A stretch of 64,000 nucleotides of DNA from Micrococcales bacterium 72-143. GTDB taxonomy: Bacteria > Actinomycetota > Actinomycetes > Actinomycetales > Microbacteriaceae. The notes under the pieces were generated by a model. The model was not told the DNA's origin and made no database searches. It saw nothing but the letters and a program-made list of their open reading frames with translations. The translations under genes and the position numbers were made by a program. The first letter of the stretch is position 1. The number at the start of each line of letters is the position of its first letter. The DNA lies in the NCBI GenBank assembly GCA_001898835.1, contig MKVM01000001.1, forward strand, positions 625,615 to 689,614, read 5' to 3'. Below are positions 43,000 through 52,965 of this stretch, in pieces.

Positions 43000-43687
43000 G
43001 CTCCGCGCCCTACTGCGCGGCGAGGACGACGACAGCCCGCGCCTCGACGCCGACCGCATCATCCGCCGCGCCCGCGCGAGGCGCCGGCCCAAGCAGCTGG
43101 CCGTCGGCGCGCTGAGCGGGCTCGCCGCCGTCGCCGTGGTGGTACCGGTGACGCTCGGTCTCGGCGCGATGCGTCCCATGAGCGCGAGCGACGGGGCGGC
43201 CGCCCCGCTCTCGAACTCGGAGAGCGCCGCCGGACAGAGCGCGTTCGAGGACGGTGCGCGGGGCGGGTCGCTCGCGACCGACCCGGCGCCCGAGTGCTCA
43301 CGTGGTGCGACCCAGCCTGAGACGACGGCGGTGCCCTCGGGCGTCGAGCTGACGCTCACCCAGGCGACCGCGGGCGGGGCGATCACCTTCACGCTCGTCA
43401 ACGGAAGCGACGTCGCGCTGCACGGCGACGTCGCCGGGGTGCCCGACATCGCGCTCAGCACGGGCGACCTCCCGGTCGGATGGTCCACCGCCGCCGTCGG
43501 GGCGGTGCGCGTCGACCTGGCCGCGGGCGAATCCATGCGCCTCGACGTGCCCCTCGCCGCGGTGTCCTGCACGGGCGGCCCTCTTCCCGCCGGCGGCTAC
43601 GGAGCGGAGGCGCTCCTCGCGATCCGGCTCGACACGGGCGAGGTCGTCGGGGCGACCAACCTCCGCACCCGGATCGAGGTCGGCTGA
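42983..43687 (+). CDS. Putative anti-sigma factor / single-pass membrane protein
   Basis: GTG 42983 is preceded by aggaggg and overlaps the sigma gene by 17 nt. A TM helix LAVGALSGLAAVAVVVPV is followed by an extracytoplasmic domain. Function is inferred from position only. Confidence 0.6.
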   Translation: MPTEAELRALLRGEDDDSPRLDADRIIRRARARRRPKQLAVGALSGLAAVAVVVPVTLGLGAMRPMSASDGAAAPLSNSESAAGQSAFEDGARGGSLATDPAPECSRGATQPETTAVPSGVELTLTQATAGGAITFTLVNGSDVALHGDVAGVPDIALSTGDLPVGWSTAAVGAVRVDLAAGESMRLDVPLAAVSCTGGPLPAGGYGAEALLAIRLDTGEVVGATNLRTRIEVG

Positions 43688-43742
43688 GCGGAATAGGATC
43701 CGATACGAGCGCACTCGCTCGCCGTCCGATCCGGGAGGCCCC

Positions 43743-44531
43743 ATGACCTTCGTCGTCGTCCCGCAATGGCAGGGGTCGCCCTCGAGCCGCGCGATGCGCC
43801 TCGCGGAGGGCGCAGCGGCCATCCGCGCCGACCTGCCCACGAGCTCCACGCGCGAGGTCGAGGTGCCGCTCGAGGCGGGCGACGAGCAGGGCACGGGCGT
43901 CGCACGCTTCGGCTCCCTGCAGCTCGTGCGGGAGCGGCTCGCGGAGGTGCTCGGCGGGCTGGGCGACGCGGCCGTCGTCATCGGCGGCGACTGCGGGGTC
44001 TCGGCCGCGGCCGTCGCGCACGTCGCGGGGCCGGACCTCGCACTCGTCTGGTTCGACGCGCACCCGGACCTCAACACGCCCGCGACCTCGCCCTCGGGCG
44101 CGTTCGGCGGCATGGTGCTCGCCTCACTCGTCGAGGAGGGGGTCGTCGACGCATCCCGGGTGCTCGTCGCGGGCGCCCGCGAGTGGGATCCGGGCGAGGA
44201 GGAGTTCGCGTCCGTGAAGGGCGTGGCGTCCGTCGGCGTCGACGGGGTCGCGGATGCCGAGGCCCTCGCCGCTGCGGTCGCCGCGACCGGCGCGCAGCGG
44301 GTCTACGTGCACATCGACCTCGACGTGCTCGACCCCGCCGAGTTCGAGGGACTGCTCGAGCCGATCCCCTTCGGGGTGAGCACCCCGCAGCTCGTCGCGG
44401 CCGTCAAGGCGCTCGTCACCCGGCTGCCGCTCGCGGGTGCGACGATCGCGTCGTTCGCGCCCGAGTCGCCCGAGAAGGCCGTCGACGACGCCCCCACCAT
44501 CCTGAGGCTCATCGCGGCGCTGCGCGGCTAG
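43743..44531 (+). CDS. Arginase/agmatinase/formiminoglutamase family protein
   Basis: Metal-binding motifs VVIGGDCGVS, WFDAHPDLNTP and HIDLDVLDP. Confidence 0.85.
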   Translation: MTFVVVPQWQGSPSSRAMRLAEGAAAIRADLPTSSTREVEVPLEAGDEQGTGVARFGSLQLVRERLAEVLGGLGDAAVVIGGDCGVSAAAVAHVAGPDLALVWFDAHPDLNTPATSPSGAFGGMVLASLVEEGVVDASRVLVAGAREWDPGEEEFASVKGVASVGVDGVADAEALAAAVAATGAQRVYVHIDLDVLDPAEFEGLLEPIPFGVSTPQLVAAVKALVTRLPLAGATIASFAPESPEKAVDDAPTILRLIAALRG

Positions 44532-44574
44532 CCTCGCGGGCGGCACCGGATCGGTCGCACGGCTCACCACCTGT

Positions 44575-44865
44575 CGGCGGGAGCAACCGCACCAGCGGCG
44601 GGAGCAACCGCATGTCCGGGCGGAGAACCGTGCGTGCGGCGGGAGCAACTACTCTCGCCGCGCACACGGTTCTCCGCCCGCGCGTCCTTCGCGCTGTCGA
44701 GCCGGGTTGCGGGAGTGCGGGTTCGGGTACGCGGGTGCGTACGGGAGGTTGTCGCCCCGCGGGCGGAGATGCGTGCAGGCGGCGGGAGCAACTTCCCCCG
44801 CCGCCTCACACCTGCACCGCCCGAGCTTGCAGCTGCCCCCGCCGCTGATGCGGTTGCTCCCGCCG
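44575..44865. repeat. Cluster of five copies of GGCGGGAGCAAC (four direct, one inverted) in a 396-nt intergenic region
   Basis: Copies lie at 44576..44587, 44597..44608, 44638..44649, 44781..44792 and, inverted, 44853..44864. Copies 1 and 2 extend to the 17-nt word CGGCGGGAGCAACCGCA. Copies 3 and 4 extend to ~32 nt (GGGCGGAGA...GGCGGGAGCAAC). Confidence 0.9.
44618..44679. other. 23-bp imperfect hairpin presenting GGGAGCAAC in its loop
   Basis: GGGCGGAGAACCGTGCGTGCGGC (44618..44640) pairs with GCCGCGCACACGGTTCTCCGCCC (44657..44679), with one mismatch and one G-U. The 16-nt loop is gggagcaactactctc. Confidence 0.8.
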
Positions 44866-44927
44866 AGCAGCAAGCGCAGGGTTCAGCAGGCACCCTGCGA
44901 CCCGCGCGACGCGAATACGCTCGCCTC

Positions 44928-46358
44928 ATGAACGCACGCGAGGTCGACGTCGTGGTGATCGGGGCCGGCGCGGTGGGCGAGAACGTCGCCGACCGCGCGG
45001 TGCAGGGCGGCCTGGAGACGGTGATCGTCGAGGAGGAGCTCGTCGGTGGGGAGTGCTCCTACTGGGCGTGCATGCCCTCGAAGGCGCTGCTGCGCGCGGG
45101 CGCCGCCCTGCGCGCGGCGCGGGCGGTCGGCGGTGCGGCGGAGGCCGTGACCGGCGAGGTCGACGCCCGCGCGGTGTTCCGCCGCCGCGACCGCATCACG
45201 CACGACCGCGACGATGCCTCGCAGGTGGAGTGGCTCGACGGCGCCGGCATCGGGCTGCTGCGGGGGCACGCACGGCTCGTGGGGCCGCGCCGGGTGGTGG
45301 TGACGGCGTCGGACGGCACCGTGACGGAGCTCGAGGCACGTCACGCCGTGGCCGTGTGCACGGGGTCGGTGCCGGTGCTGCCCGACATCCCGGGCCTCGC
45401 CGAGCTCGAGCCGTGGACCTCGCGCGACGCGACCTCGGCATCCGAGGTGCCGGAGACGCTCGTGGTGCTCGGCGGCGGGGTGGTCGGATGCGAGCTCGCC
45501 GCCGCCTACGCGAGCCTCGGCAGCCGGGTGGCGATCGTCGCGCGGCGCGGGCTGCTCGGCGGTCAGGAGCCGTTCGCCGGCGAGCTCGTGAGGGAGGGTC
45601 TCGAGGCCGCCGGCGTGCGCGTGCTCGCCGAGACCGAGGTCGTGAGCGCCCACCGGGCCGAGAAGAACGCCGTGCTCACCCTCGGCGACGGCTCGCGCAT
45701 CCTCGCCGAGCGGGTGCTCGTGGCGACCGGTCGCGTCGGACGCACGCGCGACCTCGGCCTCGAGGAGCTCGGGCTCGCGGCGGGCGACGCGATCGAGGTC
45801 GACGACACGATGCGCGTGCCCGGCTTCGACTGGCTCTACGCGGTGGGCGACGTCAACGGGCGCGCGAAGCTCACGCACCAGGGCAAGTACCAGGCGCGGG
45901 CCGCGGGCGACGCGATCGCCGCACGCGCCGCGGGCCGCCCCGTCGACGACGCGCCCTGGGGGGCGCACGTCGCGACGGCCGACCACCGCGCCGTGCCGCA
46001 GGTGACCTTCACCGAGCCGGAGGTCGCATCCGTCGGACTCACCGCGGCGGCCGCCGAGAAGGCGGGCCTGCGCACGCGCGTGCTCGACTACGACCTCTCC
46101 TGGGTCGCCGGGGCGACCGTGTACGCCGACGACTACCGCGGGCAGGCGCGCGCGATCGTGGACCTCGACAGGAACGTGCTCGTCGGCGCAACCTTCGTCG
46201 GTCCGGATGTCGGCGAGCTGCTGCAGGCGGCGACGATCGCGGTCGTCGGCGAGGTCCCGATCGACCGCCTCTGGCACGCGGTGCCCGCCTACCCGACCGT
46301 GAGCGAGGTGTGGCTGCGCTGGCTGGAGGCCTTCGGCCGGCCGGGAGCCGAGGCGTGA
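44928..46358 (+). CDS. Pyridine nucleotide-disulfide oxidoreductase (dihydrolipoyl dehydrogenase / mycothione reductase family)
   Basis: Internal ATG of track ORF 44634..46358. FAD motif VVVIGAGAVGE, redox-active GGECSYWACMPSK, and a second Rossmann motif LVVLGGGVVGCE. Confidence 0.9.
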   Translation: MNAREVDVVVIGAGAVGENVADRAVQGGLETVIVEEELVGGECSYWACMPSKALLRAGAALRAARAVGGAAEAVTGEVDARAVFRRRDRITHDRDDASQVEWLDGAGIGLLRGHARLVGPRRVVVTASDGTVTELEARHAVAVCTGSVPVLPDIPGLAELEPWTSRDATSASEVPETLVVLGGGVVGCELAAAYASLGSRVAIVARRGLLGGQEPFAGELVREGLEAAGVRVLAETEVVSAHRAEKNAVLTLGDGSRILAERVLVATGRVGRTRDLGLEELGLAAGDAIEVDDTMRVPGFDWLYAVGDVNGRAKLTHQGKYQARAAGDAIAARAAGRPVDDAPWGAHVATADHRAVPQVTFTEPEVASVGLTAAAAEKAGLRTRVLDYDLSWVAGATVYADDYRGQARAIVDLDRNVLVGATFVGPDVGELLQAATIAVVGEVPIDRLWHAVPAYPTVSEVWLRWLEAFGRPGAEA

Positions 46359-46795
46359 TCGCACCGGTGCGGCCCGAGCATCCGAGGCGGGTGGAGCGTG
46401 CCGCCGCCTCGCTCGTGCGCGGGGTCGTCGCCGTTCCGGGTCTGCGACGTGTGCTGCTCTGGGCGCCGGTCGCCCGCCCGGGATACTGGCTCGCGACGGG
46501 CTGCGCCTTCGTGTGGGGCACCCTGCTGCTCGGCCGCCACCGCACGAGTCACGGCCTGCACGTCATCACGCGTCTGCCGCGGTGGGCCTTCGGGCGCGGT
46601 GGCACCACGATCGGCGCGGTCTACCTCACGCGCGACAACGCGTCCGACCGCGTGCTCGAGCACGAGGCCGTGCACAAGCAGCAGTGGCGCAGCTATGGGC
46701 TCTCGCTGCCTGTGCTCTACCTCGCGGCCGGCTCGGTCGCGCGCACCAACCGCTTCGAGGTGGAGGCGGGCCTCGAGAAGGGCGGCTACGCCTGA
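46355..46795 (+). CDS. Small hypothetical protein with HExxH motif
   Basis: C-terminal 146 aa of track ORF 45053..46795. GTG 46355 overlaps the upstream stop (GTGA). GGTTIGAVYLTRDNASDRVLEHEAVHKQQW. Confidence 0.6.
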   Translation: MIAPVRPEHPRRVERAAASLVRGVVAVPGLRRVLLWAPVARPGYWLATGCAFVWGTLLLGRHRTSHGLHVITRLPRWAFGRGGTTIGAVYLTRDNASDRVLEHEAVHKQQWRSYGLSLPVLYLAAGSVARTNRFEVEAGLEKGGYA

Positions 46796-46822
46796 CGCCC
46801 CGCCTCTCCTCGGCGCGCCCGG

Positions 46823-49111
46823 TCAGCGCACGGTGAAGCGGGCGGCGAGCAGCGCCTCGTCACGCGAGGAGGACCCGACGAGCACATCGAAGTCGCCGGC
46901 CTCGACGACCCGCTCGCCCCGCGCGTCGACGATCGTGCAGTCGGAGACCGGCAGCTCGATCCTCACCCGCTCCGACGCGCCCGGCTCGAGCGCCACCTGA
47001 CCGTAGCCCTTGAGCTCCTTGTCGGCCCAGCTCGCGCTCGTGACGTCGTCGCGCAGGTAGAGCTGCACCGTCTCGCGCACCGGGCGCGCGCCCGTGTTGG
47101 CGACGGTCACCTCGGCCACGACCGTGTCGTCGACGCCGAACTCGGTGCCCGAGAGCGTGAGGTCGGAGTACTCGACGCGCGTGTAGGAGCGTCCCTCGCC
47201 GAACGCCCACGCGGGCGACTGAGTGAGGTCGGCGTAGCGGTCGCCGTGCTGGCCCCGGATCTGGTTGTAGTACGTCGGCTGCTGACCCACGTGCCGGGCG
47301 AAGGAGATCGGCAGCCGCCCCGAGGGCTCGACCCGGCCCAGTACGATCTCGGCGACCGCACGTCCGCCCTGCATGCCCGGGTTCGCCGCCCAGATGACCG
47401 CCGCCGCACGCTCGACGGATGCGGGCAGCACGAGCGGCTTGGACGCGAGCAGCACCACGATCACGGGGATGCCGGTCTCGATGAGTGCATCCAGCAGCGC
47501 GATCTGGCCGCCGATCAGCTCGAGGGTTGCGGTGGACCGCCCCTCGCCCACGAGCTCGATGTGGTCGCCGACGACCGCCACCACGGCATCCGCGTCGCGC
47601 GCGTCGGCGACGGCCGCCGCGATGAGCGTCTCGTCGGGCGGGCACGCCCGCACGACGGGCGGCCGGGGCTGGCCGTCCGGAAAGAACGCCCCCTGCGGAT
47701 GCGGTTCGAGGGTCAGGATGTCGGCACCGCGGGCGTAGCTCACCCGCGAGCCGGCGGGGGCGAGCTCGCGTAGCCCGTCGAGCACCGTCGTGATGAGCTC
47801 CCGCGGCTGGCCGTCGAGCCAGCCCGCCTGGCCGGACCCGCCGGCCCAGTCGCCGAGCTGGTACTGCGCGTCGTCGGCGAGCGGACCCGCGACGGCGATC
47901 CGGAGCGGCCGATCCGCGGCGCCCGGGGCCCCCGCGTCCACGCCGAGCGGGAGCGTGCCGTCGTTCTCGAGCAGCACGATCGACCGGCGGGCCGTCTCCA
48001 GGTTGAGCTCCGCGTGCGCCGCCTGGCCGACGATAGCCTCGTGGCCCTCCTGCGGCATCCGGGGGTCCTCGAAGAGACCGAGGTCGAACTTGAGGGCGAG
48101 GATGCGGGAGACCGCCGCGTCGAAGGCGTCCTCCGGCAGCATCCCGCGCTCCACCGCCTCGAGTGCGCCCTCGAAGAACAGTGGTGTCGTCATGATCATG
48201 TCGTTGCCGGCGCGCGTCGCGGCCGCCGCGGCGTGCGCGTAGTCGGGCTGCACGCGCTGCTCCCACACCATCCGTCCGACGTTGTCCCAGTCGGTGATGA
48301 GGACGCCCGGGTAGCCCCACTCCTCCTTGAGCACCTCGGTGAGGAGCCAGTCGTTGACGACGATCGGCACCCCGTCGGTGGTCTGGTAGCCGAGCATGAA
48401 GGTGCGGCACCCCTCGCGGGCGACGCGCTCGAACGGGGGCAGGAACCAGGAGCGCAGCTTGCGCCGCGAGATGTCGGCCTCGGATGCGTCGCGGCCGCCC
48501 TGCGTCTCGCTGTAGCCCGCGAAGTGCTTCGCGGTCGCGAGGATCGCGGTGCGGTCGGCGAGGCCGTCGCCCTGGTAGCCGCGCACCATCGCGGAGGCGT
48601 ACTCGCCGATGAGGTACGGGTCCTCGCCGAAGGTCTCGTCGACACGGCCCCAGCGCAGCTCGCGCGCGATGCAGAGCACGGGCGAGAAGGTCCAGTGGAT
48701 GCCGGTCGCGGCGACCTCGATCGCCGTCGCGCGGGCAACGCGTTCGAGCAGCTCGGGATCCCACGAGGCGGCCATGCCGAGCTGGGTCGGGAAGATCGTC
48801 GCTCCCGGCCAGAAGGAGTGGCCGTGGATGCAGTCCTCGCCGACGATGAGCGGGATCTGCAGGCGCGTCTCGAGCGTCAGCCGCCGCGCCTCCAGGAGGC
48901 GCTCGGGCGAGGTGTGCAGGATCGACCCCGCGTGGCGACGCTGCACCGAGTCGGCGAGGTCCCCGCGCGCGTCGAGCTGCAGCATCTGACCGACCTTCTC
49001 CTCGAGCGTCATCCGCCCGAGAAGGTCGGCGACGCGCTCGGGCGTGCTGAGCGTCGGATCGCGGTACGGCTCGGCCGTGGTGAGGGTCAGATCGCGGAGC
49101 GGCTCGGTCAT
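46823..49111 (-). CDS. Glycoside hydrolase family 3 beta-glucosidase
   Basis: Internal ATG of track ORF 46823..49759 overlaps the permease stop (ATGA). MTLEEKVGQMLQ, KHFAGYSETQGGRD and VLITDWDN motifs. Confidence 0.9.
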   Translation of the reverse strand: MTEPLRDLTLTTAEPYRDPTLSTPERVADLLGRMTLEEKVGQMLQLDARGDLADSVQRRHAGSILHTSPERLLEARRLTLETRLQIPLIVGEDCIHGHSFWPGATIFPTQLGMAASWDPELLERVARATAIEVAATGIHWTFSPVLCIARELRWGRVDETFGEDPYLIGEYASAMVRGYQGDGLADRTAILATAKHFAGYSETQGGRDASEADISRRKLRSWFLPPFERVAREGCRTFMLGYQTTDGVPIVVNDWLLTEVLKEEWGYPGVLITDWDNVGRMVWEQRVQPDYAHAAAAATRAGNDMIMTTPLFFEGALEAVERGMLPEDAFDAAVSRILALKFDLGLFEDPRMPQEGHEAIVGQAAHAELNLETARRSIVLLENDGTLPLGVDAGAPGAADRPLRIAVAGPLADDAQYQLGDWAGGSGQAGWLDGQPRELITTVLDGLRELAPAGSRVSYARGADILTLEPHPQGAFFPDGQPRPPVVRACPPDETLIAAAVADARDADAVVAVVGDHIELVGEGRSTATLELIGGQIALLDALIETGIPVIVVLLASKPLVLPASVERAAAVIWAANPGMQGGRAVAEIVLGRVEPSGRLPISFARHVGQQPTYYNQIRGQHGDRYADLTQSPAWAFGEGRSYTRVEYSDLTLSGTEFGVDDTVVAEVTVANTGARPVRETVQLYLRDDVTSASWADKELKGYGQVALEPGASERVRIELPVSDCTIVDARGERVVEAGDFDVLVGSSSRDEALLAARFTVR

Positions 49112-50178
49112 GCGGTGGCCTTCTCGCCGGTCGCGGCGCTGTCGGTGGGGGTGGCGATGTCGGTGCGGACGGCGGTCACGGCGTCGTTGATGTCGAGGCC
49201 CTTCTTGCGCATCGCGCGCGCCCGCTCCCCCGCCGAGCGCAGCCGCGGGTTGACGTACTCGTCGATGCCGAAGTTGACGAGCGAGAGGGCGACGCCGATG
49301 AGCGCGATGCAGAGTCCCGGTGGCAGGTACCACCACCACTGGTTCTGCTGGAACGCGCCCTGCGCCGACGCCCAGTTGAGGATCGTGCCCCAGTTGTAGG
49401 CGGTCACCGGGATGACGCCGATGTAGGCGAGCGTCGTGAGGCCGAGGATGGCCGCTGTCACGGTGCCGACGAAGCTCGCGGCGATGAGCGCGAGCAGGTT
49501 CGGCAGCATCTCGACGAGGATGATGCGCCGCAGGGGCTCGCCGTTCGCACGCGCCGCGAGGACGAAGTCGCGGTTGCGCAACGACATCGTCTGGGCGCGC
49601 AGCACCCGGGCGCCCCACGCCCATCCGATGAGCCCGAGCACCGCGGCGATCGCCCACAGCGGCGGGTCCTCGAAGATGGAGGCGACCACGATGATGAGCG
49701 GGATGCCGGGGATGACGAGGAACACGTTGGTGAGCGCCGAGAGCGCCTCGCTCTTCCATCCGGTGAGGTAGCCCGCGATGACGCCGACCGTGATCGCGAT
49801 GACGGTCGCGATGGCCGCCGCGAGGAAGCCGACCACGATGACGCCGCGCGTGCCGTGAATCACCTGGCTCAGCACGTCCTCGCCGATGTGGGTCGTGCCG
49901 AGCCAGTGCTCCGGCGACGGCGGCTTGAGACGCTCGGTCGGGTTGATCTTGGTCGGCGAGTAGGGCGAGATCACGTCGGCGAAGATCGCGACGAGCACGA
50001 AGAACGCGAGGATCACGAGCCCCGTGATCGACTTCCCGTTGCGGAACATGGCGAACGCCGCGCCGAGGCGCGCCCAGAAGCCCGCCGCGCGCTCACCCTT
50101 GGAGGTTGTCGCGGTGCGGAGGAGGAAGGTCTCCGGCGCGTTCGCCGCGCGCCGGCCGTCGGGTGTCTTGTCGGTCAT
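49108..50178 (-). CDS. ABC transporter permease (DppC/OppC type)
   Basis: Six TM helices and the EAA-type loop region ARANGEPLRRIILVEMLPN. Confidence 0.88.
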   Translation of the reverse strand: MTDKTPDGRRAANAPETFLLRTATTSKGERAAGFWARLGAAFAMFRNGKSITGLVILAFFVLVAIFADVISPYSPTKINPTERLKPPSPEHWLGTTHIGEDVLSQVIHGTRGVIVVGFLAAAIATVIAITVGVIAGYLTGWKSEALSALTNVFLVIPGIPLIIVVASIFEDPPLWAIAAVLGLIGWAWGARVLRAQTMSLRNRDFVLAARANGEPLRRIILVEMLPNLLALIAASFVGTVTAAILGLTTLAYIGVIPVTAYNWGTILNWASAQGAFQQNQWWWYLPPGLCIALIGVALSLVNFGIDEYVNPRLRSAGERARAMRKKGLDINDAVTAVRTDIATPTDSAATGEKATA

Positions 50179-50181
50179 GGT

Positions 50182-51261
50182 TCAGGCCTCGGTCTGACGG
50201 GTGCGCGGGTCGAGGAACGCGTAGGCGATGTCGGCCAGCACGTTGGCGATGAGCACGGAGATCGTGATGACGAGGAACACGCCCTGCATGAGCGCGTAGT
50301 CCTTCGCGTTGGTGGCGTCGAGCAGCAGCTTCCCGATGCCGGGGTAGCTGAACACCATCTCCATCACGATGGTCCCGCCGACCACGAAGCCGAGCGAGAG
50401 CGCGAAGCTCTGGATCTGCGGCAGCACGGCGTTGCGGGCCGCGTATCCCCACAGCACGCGCCGGTTCGGCATCCCCTTCGCCTGCGCGACCGTGATGTAG
50501 TCCTCGTCGAGCACGGTGAGCATCATGTTGCGCATCCCGAGCATCCAGCCGCCGAGCGACGCGACGACGATCGTCAGCACGGGGAGCGTGCCGTGGTGGA
50601 TCACCTGCCCGATGAACTCGAACGACCACTCGGGCTTCACGCCCACGCCGTAGGCCTTGCCGATCGGGAACCACCGCAGGTTGACCGCGAACGCGGCGAT
50701 CGCGAGCATCCCGAGCCAGAAGTACGGGATCGTGTTGAGGAAGGTCGTGATCGGGATGAAGACGTCGAGCTTGCTGCCGCGGCGCCAGCCGATGATCGCG
50801 CCGCCGACCGTGCCGATCGTGAACGCGACGATCGTCGCGAAGCCGACGAGGCCGATCGTCCAGGGCAGCGCCTGGCCGACCACCTCGGTCACGGGGCGGA
50901 GGCCGTGCAGCAGCGAGACGCCGAGGTCGCCGCGCAGCAGGTGCGACCAGTAGTCGATGTACTGCTGGAGGAGCGACTTGTCGGTGTCGAGCCCGAGGAG
51001 GGCGCGCAGCGACTCCGCCGCCTCCGGGGTCACGTTGCGGTTGCGGGCGAGGTACGCGGACACCGCGTCGCCCTTCATCAGGCGCGGCAGGAAGAAGTTG
51101 ATGGTGATGGCCGCCCACAGCGTGAAGAGGTAGAACGCGGCGCGGCCGCCGAGGAAGCGCCACGGGATGCGGCTGCGCCCCTTCGACGCCTTCGTCGCGG
51201 TGGTGCCGACCTCGAGCGCGTCGACCTCGGGCTCGGTGAGCGGGGGCTGGATCGCGGTCAT
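50182..51261 (-). CDS. ABC transporter permease (DppB/OppB type)
   Basis: Polytopic membrane protein with VAQAKGMPNRRVLWGYAARNA (EAA loop). Confidence 0.88.
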   Translation of the reverse strand: MTAIQPPLTEPEVDALEVGTTATKASKGRSRIPWRFLGGRAAFYLFTLWAAITINFFLPRLMKGDAVSAYLARNRNVTPEAAESLRALLGLDTDKSLLQQYIDYWSHLLRGDLGVSLLHGLRPVTEVVGQALPWTIGLVGFATIVAFTIGTVGGAIIGWRRGSKLDVFIPITTFLNTIPYFWLGMLAIAAFAVNLRWFPIGKAYGVGVKPEWSFEFIGQVIHHGTLPVLTIVVASLGGWMLGMRNMMLTVLDEDYITVAQAKGMPNRRVLWGYAARNAVLPQIQSFALSLGFVVGGTIVMEMVFSYPGIGKLLLDATNAKDYALMQGVFLVITISVLIANVLADIAYAFLDPRTRQTEA

Positions 51262-52063
51262 CGGGCGCCTCCCTGGTCGCGGGCCGCCGTGGCGAAGTGC
51301 TTCTCGGGGTCGGGGGATGCGGCGCGGAGCTCGCGCGTGTACGGGTCCTGCGGGTTGAGGATCACCTCGTCGGCGGGGCCGCGCTCGACGACGCGACCCT
51401 GGTTGAGCACCATGATCTCGTCGCTGAAGTGGCGCGCCGTGGCGAGGTCGTGGGTGATGTAGAGCACGCCCAGCCCCTCCTCGCGCTGCAGGTCCGCGAG
51501 CAGGTTGAGCACGCCGAGCCGGATCGACACGTCGAGCATCGACACGGGCTCGTCCGCCACGAGGAGCTTGGGCCGCGAGGCGAGGGCGCGCGCGATCGCG
51601 ACGCGCTGCCGCTGCCCTCCCGACAGCTCGTGGGGGCGGCGGTCGATCACGGAGTCCGCGTCGAGGCGCACGCGCTCGAGCAGGCGTCGCACCTCGGCGT
51701 CGACCTGGTCGGCCGGCACGACACGGTCGAGCTGCAGCGGGCGCTCGATGTGGTAGCGGATGGAGTGGTACGGGTTGAGGGAGGCGAACGGGTCCTGGAA
51801 CACCATGCGCAGCTGCTGCCGGTAGCTGCGCAGCGCCTTCCCGTGGCGCGGGATCGGCTCGCCGTCGAGCAGCACGCGGCCCGTCGTCGGCGTCTCCAGC
51901 TGGGTGAGGATCTTCGCGATCGTCGACTTGCCGCTTCCGGACTGGCCGACGAGGCCGAGCGTGCGGCCCGACTCGAGCGTGAAGCTCACCTCGTCGAGGG
52001 CCTTCATCTGGCCCGCGCCGCGCACGTTGTAGATCTTGGTGATGCGGTCGAACTCGAGAACGG

Positions 52064-52067
<4 letters not shown>
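51258..52067 (-). CDS. ABC transporter ATP-binding protein (OppF type)
   Basis: Internal ATG 52067 (ATGA overlap). Walker A GQSGSGKST, signature LSGGQRQR, Walker B LLVADEP. Confidence 0.92.
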
Positions 52068-52888
<821 letters not shown>

Positions 52889-52921
52889 CGCTGGTGTTGC
52901 TTTCGTTCGTCGTCACGCACC

Positions 52922-52954
52922 GGGGGTGGCTGCACGCACGGTGCAGCCACCCCC
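52922..52954 (-). terminator. 14-bp perfect intercistronic hairpin between the SBP gene and the ATPase genes
   Basis: GGGGGTGGCTGCAC (52922..52935), loop gcacg, then GTGCAGCCACCCCC (52941..52954). It sits 12 nt downstream of the SBP stop codon. Confidence 0.6.
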
Positions 52955-52965
52955 TCGCGTCTTGC

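Noticed and set aside
40108-43572. 1154-aa minus-strand ORF running through the transglutaminase gene, tRNA-Arg, glxK and the sigma factor gene
   Set aside because: It crosses a tRNA gene and three well-supported genes in wrong frames or antisense. It is a composition artefact.
44575-44865. Possible CRISPR array
   Set aside because: The repeats are only 12-32 nt and the spacers are very unequal (9, 29, 131 and 60 nt). One copy is inverted and no cas genes are present.
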